NCBI GenBank assembly: GCA_019115075.1
Contig: DXEE01000037.1
Coordinates: forward strand, 5,097 to 69,096
Length of the DNA stretch: 64,000 bases
Direction: 5' to 3'
DNA from: Candidatus Alistipes avistercoris
Lineage (GTDB): Bacteria; Bacteroidota; Bacteroidia; Bacteroidales; Rikenellaceae
The notes under the pieces were generated by a model, which saw nothing but the letters and a program-made list of their open reading frames with translations, did not search any database and was not told the origin of the DNA. The translations under genes and the position numbers were made by a program. This document shows, piece after piece, positions 53,435-63,089 of this stretch. Within the stretch, counting starts at the first letter, position 1, and the number at the start of each line of letters is the position of its first letter.

Positions 53435-55597
53435 TCAGAGCACGGGCTTGATCTTCGGGGGCATGATCACCACGAAGGGCGTGCCGTTACCGTGACACGT
53501 CGCCACGACCCGCACGGCCTTCACCGCCCGCGCGGGCTTCAGGATGGCGGCCCCGGCCGCGAGCTCCCCTGCCGGCTCGAAGTGCGCGCCGTCGTACGAT
53601 ACCTCGGCGTAACCGGTGGTGAAGAGGTTTTTGGTCAGGTGACTGTACCCGGTCTGCAGCACCATTTCGCGGCAACGGACCGGTTCCTCGAAAGAGTAGA
53701 GAATCCAGTCGCCCTCGCGGCAGGCGCGCTGCGTGAAGGAGTAGCCCCGATAGCTCTCGGCGTTGGCGAAGGGCAGGCGGCCGCTCTCGGGCATCGACGA
53801 GGTGATCTTCACCCGGGGGGTGATCGTTCGGTAATAGGAACGGTCGGCCACGTAGGGGCTGCGGCCCGTGCCGCGGCGCGTGAAGAAGCGGAAGAGGTGC
53901 GGTCGGTCGGTACGGACGGGACCCGTGTAGCGGAACTCCTCGCCCGGACGGTCGTCGCGCACGTAGAAGATCTCCGACCCGTCGTCGGCAGTCACCGTGC
54001 AGACGCCGTCGCGGCACACTAACCGGGGCGGGAAGAGCCGGTAGCGGATGCCCATGGCCTCCATCCGGGGATAGTGTTTCGTGCGCAGTTCCTCGTAGTA
54101 ACGCTCCCAGCCGTCGCCGTTGCCGCTCCATGCCAGACGCGCCAGGGCACAGACACGCGGGTAGAGCATGTAGTCGAGGTAGTCGGGCCGCTCGGGCTCG
54201 TGGGCCGAGTAGAGCTCGCTCCAGAAGGCCCCCTGCAGCCCCGCGACGTGGCGCCGTTGCTCCTCGCTGAAGCCGACTCCCTCGAGGTCGAACGAGTAGA
54301 CCTTCCGGGCGTCGAAGATCCCGGCCCAGTTGTGTCCGGCCTCCTCGGGCGACTGGCGCATGTCGAAATAGAAGTACTCGCCCGGCATGACGATCGTCGG
54401 ATAACCCTTTGCCGTGGCGTCGAGGCAGGCCCGGGTGTTCTCCCACCCGTGTACGCGGGTGTCGCGCGAGAGGTTGCCTGTGCGTACCGCCTCGTTCCAT
54501 ACGGCCGTGCGCTTGCCGTGGTTCCGCAGGATCGCGGACATCCGCTCCATGAAGCGGTCCTCGAGCCGGTGGGGATCGTCCATCCCCTCGCGGGCCATCA
54601 GCGCCTGGCAGTCCGGGCAGCGTATCCATTGCGACATGTTCACCTCGTCGCCGCCCACGTGCACGTATTCCGACGGGAAGAGGTCGCAGATCTCGCCGAG
54701 GATATCCTCCAGCAGGACGTAGTTCTCCTCGCGGGCCACGCACCAGGCCGAGCGGTCGTCGTATCCGGCCGTGAGCGTGGTGTCGGGCGTGAAGCGGCAG
54801 CGGATCTCGGGATGGAGCGTGGCGATGGTCCGGCTGTGGCCCGGGAGGTCGATCTCGGGGATCATCTCGATGTTGCGCACCGCGGCGTAGCGGATGATCT
54901 CCCGCATCTCGTCCTCCGTGTAGTAGCCGCCGTATTTTTCGTCGAGTTTGCCGTATACGGGTTGGATGGGCGAATCGCCGCCGCGGAATCCGCCCACCTC
55001 GGCCAGTTCGGGGTGCGACTTGATCTCGATGCGCCACCCCTCGTCGTCCACCAGGTGGATGTGCAGCCTGTTGATGTTGTGCCAGGCCAGCAGGTCGATC
55101 TGGCGCTTCAGCGCCTCGGGGGCGATCCACGTGCGGGCGACGTCGAGCATCATGCCGCGGTAGGCAAACTTCGGGGTGTCTTCCCGCACGCCGCACGGCA
55201 GCGTCACGGGCCCCTGCAGCCCTTCGCGGGCATAGATCTCGGGCGGCAGCAGGCGGAAGAGCGCCTGCAGGCCGTTGAACACGCCGCCGTAGTCGGCACC
55301 GCGCACGGTGATGTGGTCGGGCGTGATCTCCAGCCGGTAGCTTTCGGCCGCGGCCTCCGGGGCCGGATCGATCAAAAGCGACAGGACGCCGTCGGCGGCC
55401 GCCTGCCGCTCGACGGGGCATTTGAGGTATTCGGCGGCATATTCCGCCAGCGGGAGCAACCCTTCGTCTGCCACGAGGGTCATGGAGGGTCCGAGCGTGA
55501 ACTCCCCTCCGGTCGGCGTCAGGGGGGCGTCGGCCGGTTGGGCATGGGCCCCGGCTGCAAGGCAGAGGGCAAGGATCGTAAGGCGCAGTTTGGTCAT
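53435..55597 (-). CDS. beta-N-acetylhexosaminidase (GH20) with C-terminal discoidin-like domain
   Basis: Signal peptide, the RLHIHLVDDEGWRIE and YVHVGGDEV catalytic region of GH20, and an extra C-terminal beta-sandwich region. Confidence 0.85.
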   Translation of the reverse strand: MTKLRLTILALCLAAGAHAQPADAPLTPTGGEFTLGPSMTLVADEGLLPLAEYAAEYLKCPVERQAAADGVLSLLIDPAPEAAAESYRLEITPDHITVRGADYGGVFNGLQALFRLLPPEIYAREGLQGPVTLPCGVREDTPKFAYRGMMLDVARTWIAPEALKRQIDLLAWHNINRLHIHLVDDEGWRIEIKSHPELAEVGGFRGGDSPIQPVYGKLDEKYGGYYTEDEMREIIRYAAVRNIEMIPEIDLPGHSRTIATLHPEIRCRFTPDTTLTAGYDDRSAWCVAREENYVLLEDILGEICDLFPSEYVHVGGDEVNMSQWIRCPDCQALMAREGMDDPHRLEDRFMERMSAILRNHGKRTAVWNEAVRTGNLSRDTRVHGWENTRACLDATAKGYPTIVMPGEYFYFDMRQSPEEAGHNWAGIFDARKVYSFDLEGVGFSEEQRRHVAGLQGAFWSELYSAHEPERPDYLDYMLYPRVCALARLAWSGNGDGWERYYEELRTKHYPRMEAMGIRYRLFPPRLVCRDGVCTVTADDGSEIFYVRDDRPGEEFRYTGPVRTDRPHLFRFFTRRGTGRSPYVADRSYYRTITPRVKITSSMPESGRLPFANAESYRGYSFTQRACREGDWILYSFEEPVRCREMVLQTGYSHLTKNLFTTGYAEVSYDGAHFEPAGELAAGAAILKPARAVKAVRVVATCHGNGTPFVVIMPPKIKPVL

Positions 55598-55647
55598 GGG
55601 GCGTGATTTTTTGCTTTTGCAAAGATACGTTTTTCCCGGTGATTTGC

Positions 55648-55655
55648 TAACTTTG
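55648..55655 (+). promoter_or_regulatory. Bacteroidota -7 promoter box (TAACTTTG) for mazG
   Basis: Exact TAnnTTTG match 11 nt upstream of the first ATG (55666). The true start codon may be the ATG at 55678. Confidence 0.35.
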
Positions 55656-55665
55656 CCTGACTGTT

Positions 55666-56463
55666 ATGCAATTTGTCATGGAAGAGAACAAGGAGAAGAA
55701 ACTGGAGGCTGCGGCGCGCCTGCTCGAGGTGATGACTACCCTGCGCCGGGAGTGCCCGTGGGACCGCGAGCAGACGTTCGACTCGCTGCGCAGCAATACG
55801 ATCGAGGAGACCTACGAACTGGCCGACGCCATCACGGCCCACGACATGGAGGCCATCAAGGAGGAGCTGGGCGACCTGCTCCTGCATGTGGTCTTCTACT
55901 CGAAGCTGGGCGAAGAGGCGGGAGCCTTCGATTTCGGCGATGTGGCCAATGCCTTGTGCGACAAGCTGATCTACCGGCATCCGCATGTCTACGGGGAGAT
56001 CCACGCCAACACGCCCGAGGAGGTGCTCTCCAACTGGGAGGCGCTCAAACTGCGCAAGAAGAACCGCAAGAGCGGCACGCTGGGCGGTGTGCCGCGTTCG
56101 CTTCCGGCGCTGGTGAAGGCCTACCGCATGGGCGAGAAGGCCGCCGGCACGGGTTTCGACTGGGAGCACAAGGAGGATGTCTGGGCGAAGGTCCGGGAGG
56201 AGATCGCCGAGGTCGAGAGCGAGATGCGGTCGGGCCGCAAGGCCGACCTCGAGGGGGAGTTCGGCGACCTGTTCTTCGCGCTGGTCAATGCGGCGCGCCT
56301 CTACGGCGTCGATCCCGAATCGGCGCTGGCACGCACGAACGACAAGTTCATGCGCCGCTTCAACTACATGGAGGAACATGCTGCTGCCGAGGGACATGCG
56401 CTGCACGACCTGACACTTGACGAGATGGAGGCACTCTGGCAGCAGGCCAAAACGGAGGAGTGA
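55666..56463 (+). CDS. mazG: nucleoside triphosphate pyrophosphohydrolase MazG
   Basis: Tandem MazG domains: RRECPWDREQTFDSLRSNTIEETYELADAI and EEIAEVESEM...GEFGDLFFALVNAAR. Confidence 0.9.
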   Translation: MQFVMEENKEKKLEAAARLLEVMTTLRRECPWDREQTFDSLRSNTIEETYELADAITAHDMEAIKEELGDLLLHVVFYSKLGEEAGAFDFGDVANALCDKLIYRHPHVYGEIHANTPEEVLSNWEALKLRKKNRKSGTLGGVPRSLPALVKAYRMGEKAAGTGFDWEHKEDVWAKVREEIAEVESEMRSGRKADLEGEFGDLFFALVNAARLYGVDPESALARTNDKFMRRFNYMEEHAAAEGHALHDLTLDEMEALWQQAKTEE

Positions 56464-56615
56464 TCCTGCGACGCTCCCCGGCCTGTATGACATATCTTCG
56501 GCGCCGAGCGGCGTGCCGGCTCGGCCCGGTTGCCGTGCCGATGGGCCTGATCGCGTGAACGGCCGCCGGCGCAAAACGAACGAAACGACGAAGCAAAGAC
56601 AAAAACAGATAAGTT

Positions 56616-57158
56616 ATGGCATTGATCAGAAAAGTACGCGGGCATGAACCCGTGATCGGAGAGAACACCTTTTTGGCCGAGACGGCCGTCGTTCTGGGCG
56701 ATGTGACCATCGGCCGCGACTGCTCGATCTGGTATAACGCCGTGCTGCGCGGCGACGTGAACAAGATCGTCATCGGCGATCGGACGAACATCCAGGACGG
56801 CGTGGTGCTCCATACGATCTACGACAAGGCGAAGCACCCTTCGCAGACGATCATCGGCAACGACGTGTCGGTGGGCCACAACGCCGTGGTGCACGGAGCG
56901 CGGATCGGCGACCACTGCCTGATCGGCATGGGAGCCATCCTGCTCGACAACGCCGTCGTTCCCTCGGGCTGCATCATTGCGGCCGGGGCGCTTGTGCTCT
57001 CTAATGCGCAGCTCGAGCCCAATTCGCTCTATGCCGGCGTGCCGGCCAAGCGCATCCGCGAGGTGACGCCCGAGCAGCGGGACGAGATCGTGCTCCGCAC
57101 GGCCCACGACTACATGCACTATGCGTCGTGGTTCATGGACGAAACGCTCGAGGAGTAA
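56616..57158 (+). CDS. gamma-class carbonic anhydrase-like / hexapeptide-repeat protein
   Basis: Left-handed beta-helix repeats (VLGDVTIGRDCSIWYNAVLRGDVNKIVIGDRTNIQDGVVLH). Confidence 0.8.
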   Translation: MALIRKVRGHEPVIGENTFLAETAVVLGDVTIGRDCSIWYNAVLRGDVNKIVIGDRTNIQDGVVLHTIYDKAKHPSQTIIGNDVSVGHNAVVHGARIGDHCLIGMGAILLDNAVVPSGCIIAAGALVLSNAQLEPNSLYAGVPAKRIREVTPEQRDEIVLRTAHDYMHYASWFMDETLEE

Positions 57159-57170
57159 AAAACGAAGGCC

Positions 57171-58487
57171 ATGCGCGCGTTGTCCCGCTATTCGGACGTG
57201 GTCCTGAACCTGCTGGTCGCCGTGGCGATCAGCCTGGTCGTGAACTTCTCCTACCTGCTGCTGGTGCTCGTCGAACAGAGCAGCGAGACCACCTCGTCGG
57301 GCGGTCCCGGGCATGAGCAGCGGGTGTGGGAGCGGCGCGACGAGGGTCGGCTTGCAGTGCATGCCGACGGGTACGGCTACCTCGTCTATGCGGGCGGCGA
57401 CAGCGTCTATGTGCCGCCGCAGAACCTGCGCTGGCTGGGACTCGAAGACGGCGACCGGATCCGGGCCGACATCCGTCCGTCGCGCCGCTCGGGGGGGCAT
57501 CCCGTGTTGAAGGAGGTGCGGACCCGCAACGGCGAGGAGTTCGACTACAGCCGCCTCTACAACCGTCCGTCGCAGTGGACCGAGCTGCTGCTGCAGCTGC
57601 TCTTCTATCTCTTCATGTCGTTCGTGCTGCTGACGATCCTCACCGATTCCCACCGCCGCTACTCGATGCGCCGCTACATCCGCAGCTGCCTGTGGAGCTG
57701 TGTGGCGGCCGTTGTGCTCTATTGCGTGGCGCCCGTCACGGAGTGGCATTCGGGCCGGGTCGTGCTGAACTTCATGAGCGGGCGGATGTTCGACTACATG
57801 CTGCTGCTCAAGTGTTCGTTCGCACTGGTCGTGTCGCTGCTCTACAGCCGGCTCTATGTGCTCATCTCGCAGCGGCAGCTTGTCGAGGTGGAGAACGAGC
57901 GGCTCAAGAACGAGAACCTCACCACGCGCTACAACATGCTCGTCGGGCAGATCAACCCCCACTTCTTCTTCAACTCGCTCAATTCGCTGGCGATGCTCGT
58001 GCGCGAGAAGCACGACCAGAAGGCCCTGACCTACATCGACCAGCTCTCCTATACGTTCCGTTACATCATCCAGAACGGACAGAGCACGCTCATCACCCTC
58101 GGCGAGGAGCTGAAGTTCGCCGAGGCGTACAGTTACCTCTTTAAAATAAGGTATGCCGACAAGCTCTATTTCGACATCGAGGTCGATCCGGACTACCTCT
58201 GCTGGCGCCTTCCGGCCCTCTCGCTCCAGCCGTTGATCGGCAATGCCGTGAAACACAATACGATCACGCGCAGCAATCCGCTGCATGTCTCGATCCGTGT
58301 CGAAGACGGCCGCCTGGTCGTGTCGAACCCGCTGCGTCCGAAACTCGAGCCCGAACCCTCGACCGGCATCGGACTGGAGAACCTGCGCAACCGCTGGCAG
58401 CTCATCACGGGCCGCGATATCGAAATTGACGACTCCGACGGTACGTTCACCGTGCGGCTGCCGCTCGAACCCCCTGCCGCACGATGA
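57171..58487 (+). CDS. LytS/YpdA-type sensor histidine kinase with a Rho-like OB domain between TM1 and TM2
   Basis: C-terminal His_kinase (PF06580-type) motifs (QINPHFFFNSLNSL, GNAVKHN). There are four TM helices. Residues about 58-125 resemble the Rho RNA-binding OB domain. Confidence 0.8.
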   Translation: MRALSRYSDVVLNLLVAVAISLVVNFSYLLLVLVEQSSETTSSGGPGHEQRVWERRDEGRLAVHADGYGYLVYAGGDSVYVPPQNLRWLGLEDGDRIRADIRPSRRSGGHPVLKEVRTRNGEEFDYSRLYNRPSQWTELLLQLLFYLFMSFVLLTILTDSHRRYSMRRYIRSCLWSCVAAVVLYCVAPVTEWHSGRVVLNFMSGRMFDYMLLLKCSFALVVSLLYSRLYVLISQRQLVEVENERLKNENLTTRYNMLVGQINPHFFFNSLNSLAMLVREKHDQKALTYIDQLSYTFRYIIQNGQSTLITLGEELKFAEAYSYLFKIRYADKLYFDIEVDPDYLCWRLPALSLQPLIGNAVKHNTITRSNPLHVSIRVEDGRLVVSNPLRPKLEPEPSTGIGLENLRNRWQLITGRDIEIDDSDGTFTVRLPLEPPAAR

Positions 58488-59245
58488 AAGCACTCATTAT
58501 CGAAGACGAGACCGCCGCGGCGCTGAACCTTGCCGCCGTATTGCGCCAGGTCGCCCCCGGCGTGGAGGTCGTGGCCACGCTTGAGAGCGTGGCCGAGAGC
58601 GTCGAGTGGCTGCGCGCGAATCCCCAGCCCGACCTGCTGTTCATGGACATCCACCTGGCCGACGGCGACTCGTTCCGCATCTTCAAGTCGGTGGAGGTCA
58701 CCGCACCGGTCGTCTTCACCACGGCCTACGACCAGTATGCGCTCGAGGCCTTCAAGGTGAACAGCATCGATTATCTGCTCAAGCCGATCAATGCCGACGA
58801 CGTGCGGCGTGCGCTCGAGAAGCTGCGGCGGCTCACCTCCGGCGAGCGGCTCGACTACGGCTCGCGCGTGCGGACGATGGCCGCCCGGCAGTCGGAGGAG
58901 GTCTTCCTGGTGCATGTCCGCGATCGGATCATCCCCCTGCGGCGCGATGCGATCGCCTACCTCTACACGGCCAACGAAAAGGTCACGGCCTGCACCTTCG
59001 AGGGGGAGGTCTACCCGATGGACCGCACGCTGGAGGCCTATCAGTCGCAGCTTCCCGAGCACGACTTCTTCCGGGCCAACCGCCAGTTCATCGTCGCGCG
59101 CCGTGCCGTGAAGGAGATCGCCGTGTGGTTCGGCAGCCGACTGACGCTGCACCTTGCGGTCAATACGCCCGAGCGGATCGTCATTTCGAAGGCCCGGGTT
59201 CCCGAATTCAAGGCGTGGCTGCGGGCGGTTCGCCCTGCGGAATAG
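58484..59245 (+). CDS. LytTR-family DNA-binding response regulator
   Basis: Receiver domain (MKALIIEDE...DLLFMDIHLADGDSF) plus a C-terminal LytTR domain. Its start overlaps the kinase stop (ATGA). Confidence 0.9.
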   Translation: MKALIIEDETAAALNLAAVLRQVAPGVEVVATLESVAESVEWLRANPQPDLLFMDIHLADGDSFRIFKSVEVTAPVVFTTAYDQYALEAFKVNSIDYLLKPINADDVRRALEKLRRLTSGERLDYGSRVRTMAARQSEEVFLVHVRDRIIPLRRDAIAYLYTANEKVTACTFEGEVYPMDRTLEAYQSQLPEHDFFRANRQFIVARRAVKEIAVWFGSRLTLHLAVNTPERIVISKARVPEFKAWLRAVRPAE

Positions 59246-59308
59246 GCGGTTCGCCGGGCCGAATGGCCGTTTGGCCGACCTGCCGGTCCGTATTCTGTTT
59301 TTCGGTGC

Positions 59309-59316
59309 TACTTTTG
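59309..59316 (+). promoter_or_regulatory. Bacteroidota -7 promoter box (TACTTTTG)
   Basis: Exact TAnnTTTG match 49 nt upstream of the ATG at 59365. Confidence 0.4.
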
Positions 59317-59364
59317 TATCGGAGATCCCCGAATTAGGAATGTTTCACTAAAAGACAGACAACC

Positions 59365-59931
59365 ATGAAAAAGACGATTTTTGCAGCCGTTGCCGCATTG
59401 TGCCTGATGGCAGGAGAAGCGGTTTTCGCACAGACCGAGTCCGCGTCGGCTCCCGCAGCCGCACCCAAGGAGCGCCCGACGCTCGAACAGATCGCACAGC
59501 GCAAGACCGACCGCATGGCTGAACGGCTCGAATTTACCGATGCCCAGAAAAAGCAGGTCTATGAGATCAACCTCCAGCAGCTGAAGGAGATGGAGGCACA
59601 GCGCGAGGCGATGCGCAAGGCCCGGGAGGCGCGTGCCGAACAGATGAAGTCGATTCTCTCGACCGAGCAGTTCGTCAAGTGGGCGCAGATGCAGCAGCGC
59701 CCGGCCCCGAAACACCATCGGATGCACGGCCCGAAGGCCGGCAAGTCGGGTTGCGGTCCCGCCTGTCCGAAGGCCGGCAAGCCGGCTCCCGAAGGCCTCT
59801 GTCCGCGTGAGGGCCGTCCCTGCCCCGAGGTATGCCCCGAAGCCGGTGAGTGCCCGAAGGCCAACGGCGAAGCGCCCCGCGGCAAGGCCCGTCGCGGTGC
59901 CGTGAAGGCGGCCCAGAATCCCGAGGAGTAG
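59365..59931 (+). CDS. secreted Spy/CpxP-like (DUF4890-type, LTxxQ motifs) protein with Cys/Pro-rich tail
   Basis: Signal peptide, then LEFTDAQKKQV and LSTEQFVKW LTxxQ-like motifs. The C-terminus is CGPACPKAGKPAPEGLCPREGRPCPEVCPEAGECP. Confidence 0.65.
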   Translation: MKKTIFAAVAALCLMAGEAVFAQTESASAPAAAPKERPTLEQIAQRKTDRMAERLEFTDAQKKQVYEINLQQLKEMEAQREAMRKAREARAEQMKSILSTEQFVKWAQMQQRPAPKHHRMHGPKAGKSGCGPACPKAGKPAPEGLCPREGRPCPEVCPEAGECPKANGEAPRGKARRGAVKAAQNPEE

Positions 59932-59970
59932 CAAAATCCGGCAGTTTTTTCCGGAATACGATCCATGCGA

Positions 59971-60004
59971 GGGTGCCGGTCCGGGCGACTGGCACCCTTT
60001 TTTT
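59971..60004 (+). terminator. intrinsic terminator
   Basis: GGGTGCC (59971-59977) / GGCACCC (59991-59997), followed by a T7 run. Confidence 0.6.
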
Positions 60005-60089
60005 GGCGATTCACCCCCTTCGGGGAACAAGATTGCCGCGAAACCGTTAATTTCGCGGGCGCAAGCAAACAAGCAAATACGTTAACCGA

Positions 60090-63035
60090 ATGATGAAAAA
60101 GACACTGCTGACAGCCCTCATGGTGCTGTTTGCCGTTGCCGCCTTCGCACAGAAGGGTTCCGTCACGGCAACGCTCGTGGATGCCGACACCGGCGACGAG
60201 GTGATCGGTGCGGTGCTGACGCTGACTCCCTCGGCGACACCCGACAAGAAACAGTATGCCACGTCGGCCTACAAGGGCCTCATCTCCTTTCCGTCGCTCA
60301 GCTACGGCGAATACGGGCTTTCGATCTCCTTCCTGGGATACAATACGCTCGACACGACCTTCCGCGTGTCGGCCCCGAAGGTGAACCTCGGTGTGCTGCG
60401 CCTCAAGCCGGGCGTGCAGATCGAGACCGTGGTCAAGGAGGTGAAGTCGATGCGTACCTCGCAGAAGGGTGACACGGTGAGCTACAACGCCGGGGCCTTC
60501 AAGGTGACGACCGACGCCGATGTCGAGGGACTGCTCAAGAAGATGCCGGGCATCACCGTCACCGACGGTACGGTCGAGGCCCAGGGCGAGGAGATCAAGA
60601 AGATCTTCGTCGATGGCAAGGAGTTCTTCGGCGAGGATGTGACGACGGCCATCAAGTCGCTGCCGGCCGAGGCCGTGGACCGAGTCGAGGTCTACAACAA
60701 ACTCTCGGATGCGGCCGAGTTCTCCGGTATGGACGACGGCGAGGGATACAAGGCCCTCAACATCGTGACCAAACCGGGCATGCGCCAGGGCCAGTTCGGA
60801 AAACTCTATGCCGGCTACGGTTACGACTCGGAGGCCGAGCCGCACCACAAATACATCGCCGGCGGCAACGTCAATATCTTCTCGGGCGACAGCCGCGTGT
60901 CGGTGATCGGCCTCTTTAACAACGTCAATCAGCAGAACTTCTCGTTCGAGGACATCCTCGGTGTGACGGGCAGCAGCGGTGGCCGCGGCGGCGGTGTGGG
61001 TCAGTACATGATGCGCCCCCAGAGCGGTGTGGCCAAGGTCAATGCCATCGGTCTGAACTATTCGGACACGTGGGGCAAGCGCGACCAGGTGTCGTTCCAG
61101 GGCAGCTACTTCTTCAACAGCACCAACACGACGAACCGTTCGACGGTAGACAAGTGGTACGAGGACCCGATGGCGGTCGATACCCTTTCGACGCTCGGCT
61201 ATTCCGATACGCGGAACTACAACCACCGTTTCAACGGCCGCCTCGAGTGGAAGATCTCGGACAACCAGAACCTGATGATCCGCCCGAGTTTCAGCTACCA
61301 GTCGAACGATCCGTGGAGCACGACGCAGGGCTGGCAGTACGGTGAGAGCGGTTACAGCCGCACGGACAACTACAGCAACAGCCTTTCGAGCGGCTACAAC
61401 CTCCGCACGTCGGCCATCTACCGGGCCAAGCTGGGCAAGGACGGCCGGACGATCACCCTCAACGGCAACGTGAACTATTCGGACCGGACGAACGATTCGG
61501 ATTCGTGGTCGAACCAGTTGGGAAGTCTGCCCGACCGTCCGGCGATCGATCCCGAGACGGGCGAATGGGATCCGACCGACTATTTCCTGCCGCGCTATCT
61601 GCGCAACCTCGCTCCGTCGAGCAGCTACAGCCTCCGCGGTGAGTTCACCTATACGGAACCGGTGGCCAAGTATGCGCAGGTCAGCCTTCAGTACCGTGCT
61701 GCCTATGACCATCAGGAACGCGACAAGCGATCCTACGAGACGGGCAGCGACTTCTCGATCGCCGGGCTTCTGCCCGACCCGACGCTGTCGAATGCCTACG
61801 AGAGCAACTACACCACGCAGCGCGTCGGCCCGGGATTCCGTTATTCGAAGGACCGCAACACGTTCATAGCGAACGTCTACTACCAGCATTCGGTGCTCGA
61901 CGGGCAGGTGACGCAGGGCGCTTCGGAGCAGATCCGGCACTCGTATGACGACTTCACCTACTTCATGATGGGTCAGCTGATGATCAACCGCGAGAATTCG
62001 CTGCGTCTGTTCATCACCTCTTCGACGAGCAATCCCGACGTGACGAGCCTGCAGGGTGTCTACGACCTGGCGGATGCACAGAACATCTCGCACGGCAACC
62101 CGACGCTCAACCCCTCGTACAGCCACCGGATCAACTTCCACTACATCAATTCGAATGTCGAAAAGGGTCGTACGTTCATGTGGATGTTCTCCATGCAGAG
62201 TACGTCGGACTACATCGGCACGCACACCGTACAGAACCCCTCGTTCACGGTCGATGGCGAGACCTACACGCCGAACTTCTATTCGACGCCGGTGAACCTC
62301 GACGGCTACCTGAGCCTGCGGACCCACCTCAGCTACGGTTTCCCGATCGGATTCTTACGCTCGAACTTCAACGTCATGGCGGGTGTGACCTATACCAAGA
62401 CGCCGAGCATGTTTGGCGGTACGGTTGTTCCCGATACGGGTGCCATTACGGGCGGCGAGCGCAACGATACGGAAAACATGGGCTATGACTTCCGTGCCGT
62501 GCTGGGCAGCAACATCTCGGAGAATGTCGATTTCACCCTTTCGTGGAACGGCACCTACAACGAGGCGACCAACTCGCTGAGCAGCGTGAACAGCAAGAAC
62601 CGCTACTTCAACCACACGGCCAGCGGCGACCTGAAGGTCGTCTTCCCGCTGGGCTTCACGCTCACGGCGAGTGCCGCCTACACGCAGTATCTCGGCTTCA
62701 CCAACGACTATAACGACGACTACCTGCTCTGCAACGCCTACATCGGCAAGAAGATTTTCCGGAATCAGCGCGGAGAGATCATGTTCGGCGTAAACGATAT
62801 CTTCAACCAGAACAAGTCGTTCGTGCGGACCACGGGTTCGGGCTGGACACAGAATGCGACCAACAGCGTGATCGGCCGGTATTTCATGGTTCAGTTCTCG
62901 TTCAACCTGCGCCGGTTCGGCAAGAAGGGTTCGACGAACATCAGGGATTATGACGGAGTGGAACCCGATACCCGCCGCCGGGGAATGATGGGGCCCGGCC
63001 CGGGTGGACCCCCTCCGGGATTCGGACACCGTTGA
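60090..63035 (+). CDS. outer-membrane beta-barrel family protein (CarboxypepD_reg-like N-terminus + plug-like region + large barrel)
   Basis: Signal peptide, a SVTATLVDADTGDEVIGAVLTL Ig-like domain, a plug-like region (GITVTDGTVEAQGEEIKKIFVDGKEFFG) and a terminal strand ending FMVQFSFNLRRF. Confidence 0.8.
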   Translation: MMKKTLLTALMVLFAVAAFAQKGSVTATLVDADTGDEVIGAVLTLTPSATPDKKQYATSAYKGLISFPSLSYGEYGLSISFLGYNTLDTTFRVSAPKVNLGVLRLKPGVQIETVVKEVKSMRTSQKGDTVSYNAGAFKVTTDADVEGLLKKMPGITVTDGTVEAQGEEIKKIFVDGKEFFGEDVTTAIKSLPAEAVDRVEVYNKLSDAAEFSGMDDGEGYKALNIVTKPGMRQGQFGKLYAGYGYDSEAEPHHKYIAGGNVNIFSGDSRVSVIGLFNNVNQQNFSFEDILGVTGSSGGRGGGVGQYMMRPQSGVAKVNAIGLNYSDTWGKRDQVSFQGSYFFNSTNTTNRSTVDKWYEDPMAVDTLSTLGYSDTRNYNHRFNGRLEWKISDNQNLMIRPSFSYQSNDPWSTTQGWQYGESGYSRTDNYSNSLSSGYNLRTSAIYRAKLGKDGRTITLNGNVNYSDRTNDSDSWSNQLGSLPDRPAIDPETGEWDPTDYFLPRYLRNLAPSSSYSLRGEFTYTEPVAKYAQVSLQYRAAYDHQERDKRSYETGSDFSIAGLLPDPTLSNAYESNYTTQRVGPGFRYSKDRNTFIANVYYQHSVLDGQVTQGASEQIRHSYDDFTYFMMGQLMINRENSLRLFITSSTSNPDVTSLQGVYDLADAQNISHGNPTLNPSYSHRINFHYINSNVEKGRTFMWMFSMQSTSDYIGTHTVQNPSFTVDGETYTPNFYSTPVNLDGYLSLRTHLSYGFPIGFLRSNFNVMAGVTYTKTPSMFGGTVVPDTGAITGGERNDTENMGYDFRAVLGSNISENVDFTLSWNGTYNEATNSLSSVNSKNRYFNHTASGDLKVVFPLGFTLTASAAYTQYLGFTNDYNDDYLLCNAYIGKKIFRNQRGEIMFGVNDIFNQNKSFVRTTGSGWTQNATNSVIGRYFMVQFSFNLRRFGKKGSTNIRDYDGVEPDTRRRGMMGPGPGGPPPGFGHR

Positions 63036-63055
63036 TCGGGTCCGAATCCGAAAAG

Positions 63056-63089
63056 AGCCGCCGGACAACATGCGTTGTCCGGCGGCTCG
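63056..63089. terminator. hairpin terminator between convergent genes
   Basis: GAGCCGCCGGACAAC / ATGC / GTTGTCCGGCGGCTC. Perfect 15-bp stem. Confidence 0.6.

Noticed and set aside
53487-55622. 711-aa minus-strand ORF in an alternative frame of the GH20 gene
   Set aside because: The GH20 frame carries the signal peptide and catalytic GGDE motifs. This frame is an Arg/Pro/Gly-rich artefact.
56364-58493. 709-aa minus-strand ORF
   Set aside because: Antisense to the gamma-CA-like and histidine kinase genes, both of which have clear family motifs.
59559-62327. 922-aa minus-strand ORF
   Set aside because: Antisense to the DUF4890-like and OM beta-barrel genes. Arg/Val/Ala-rich and low-complexity.
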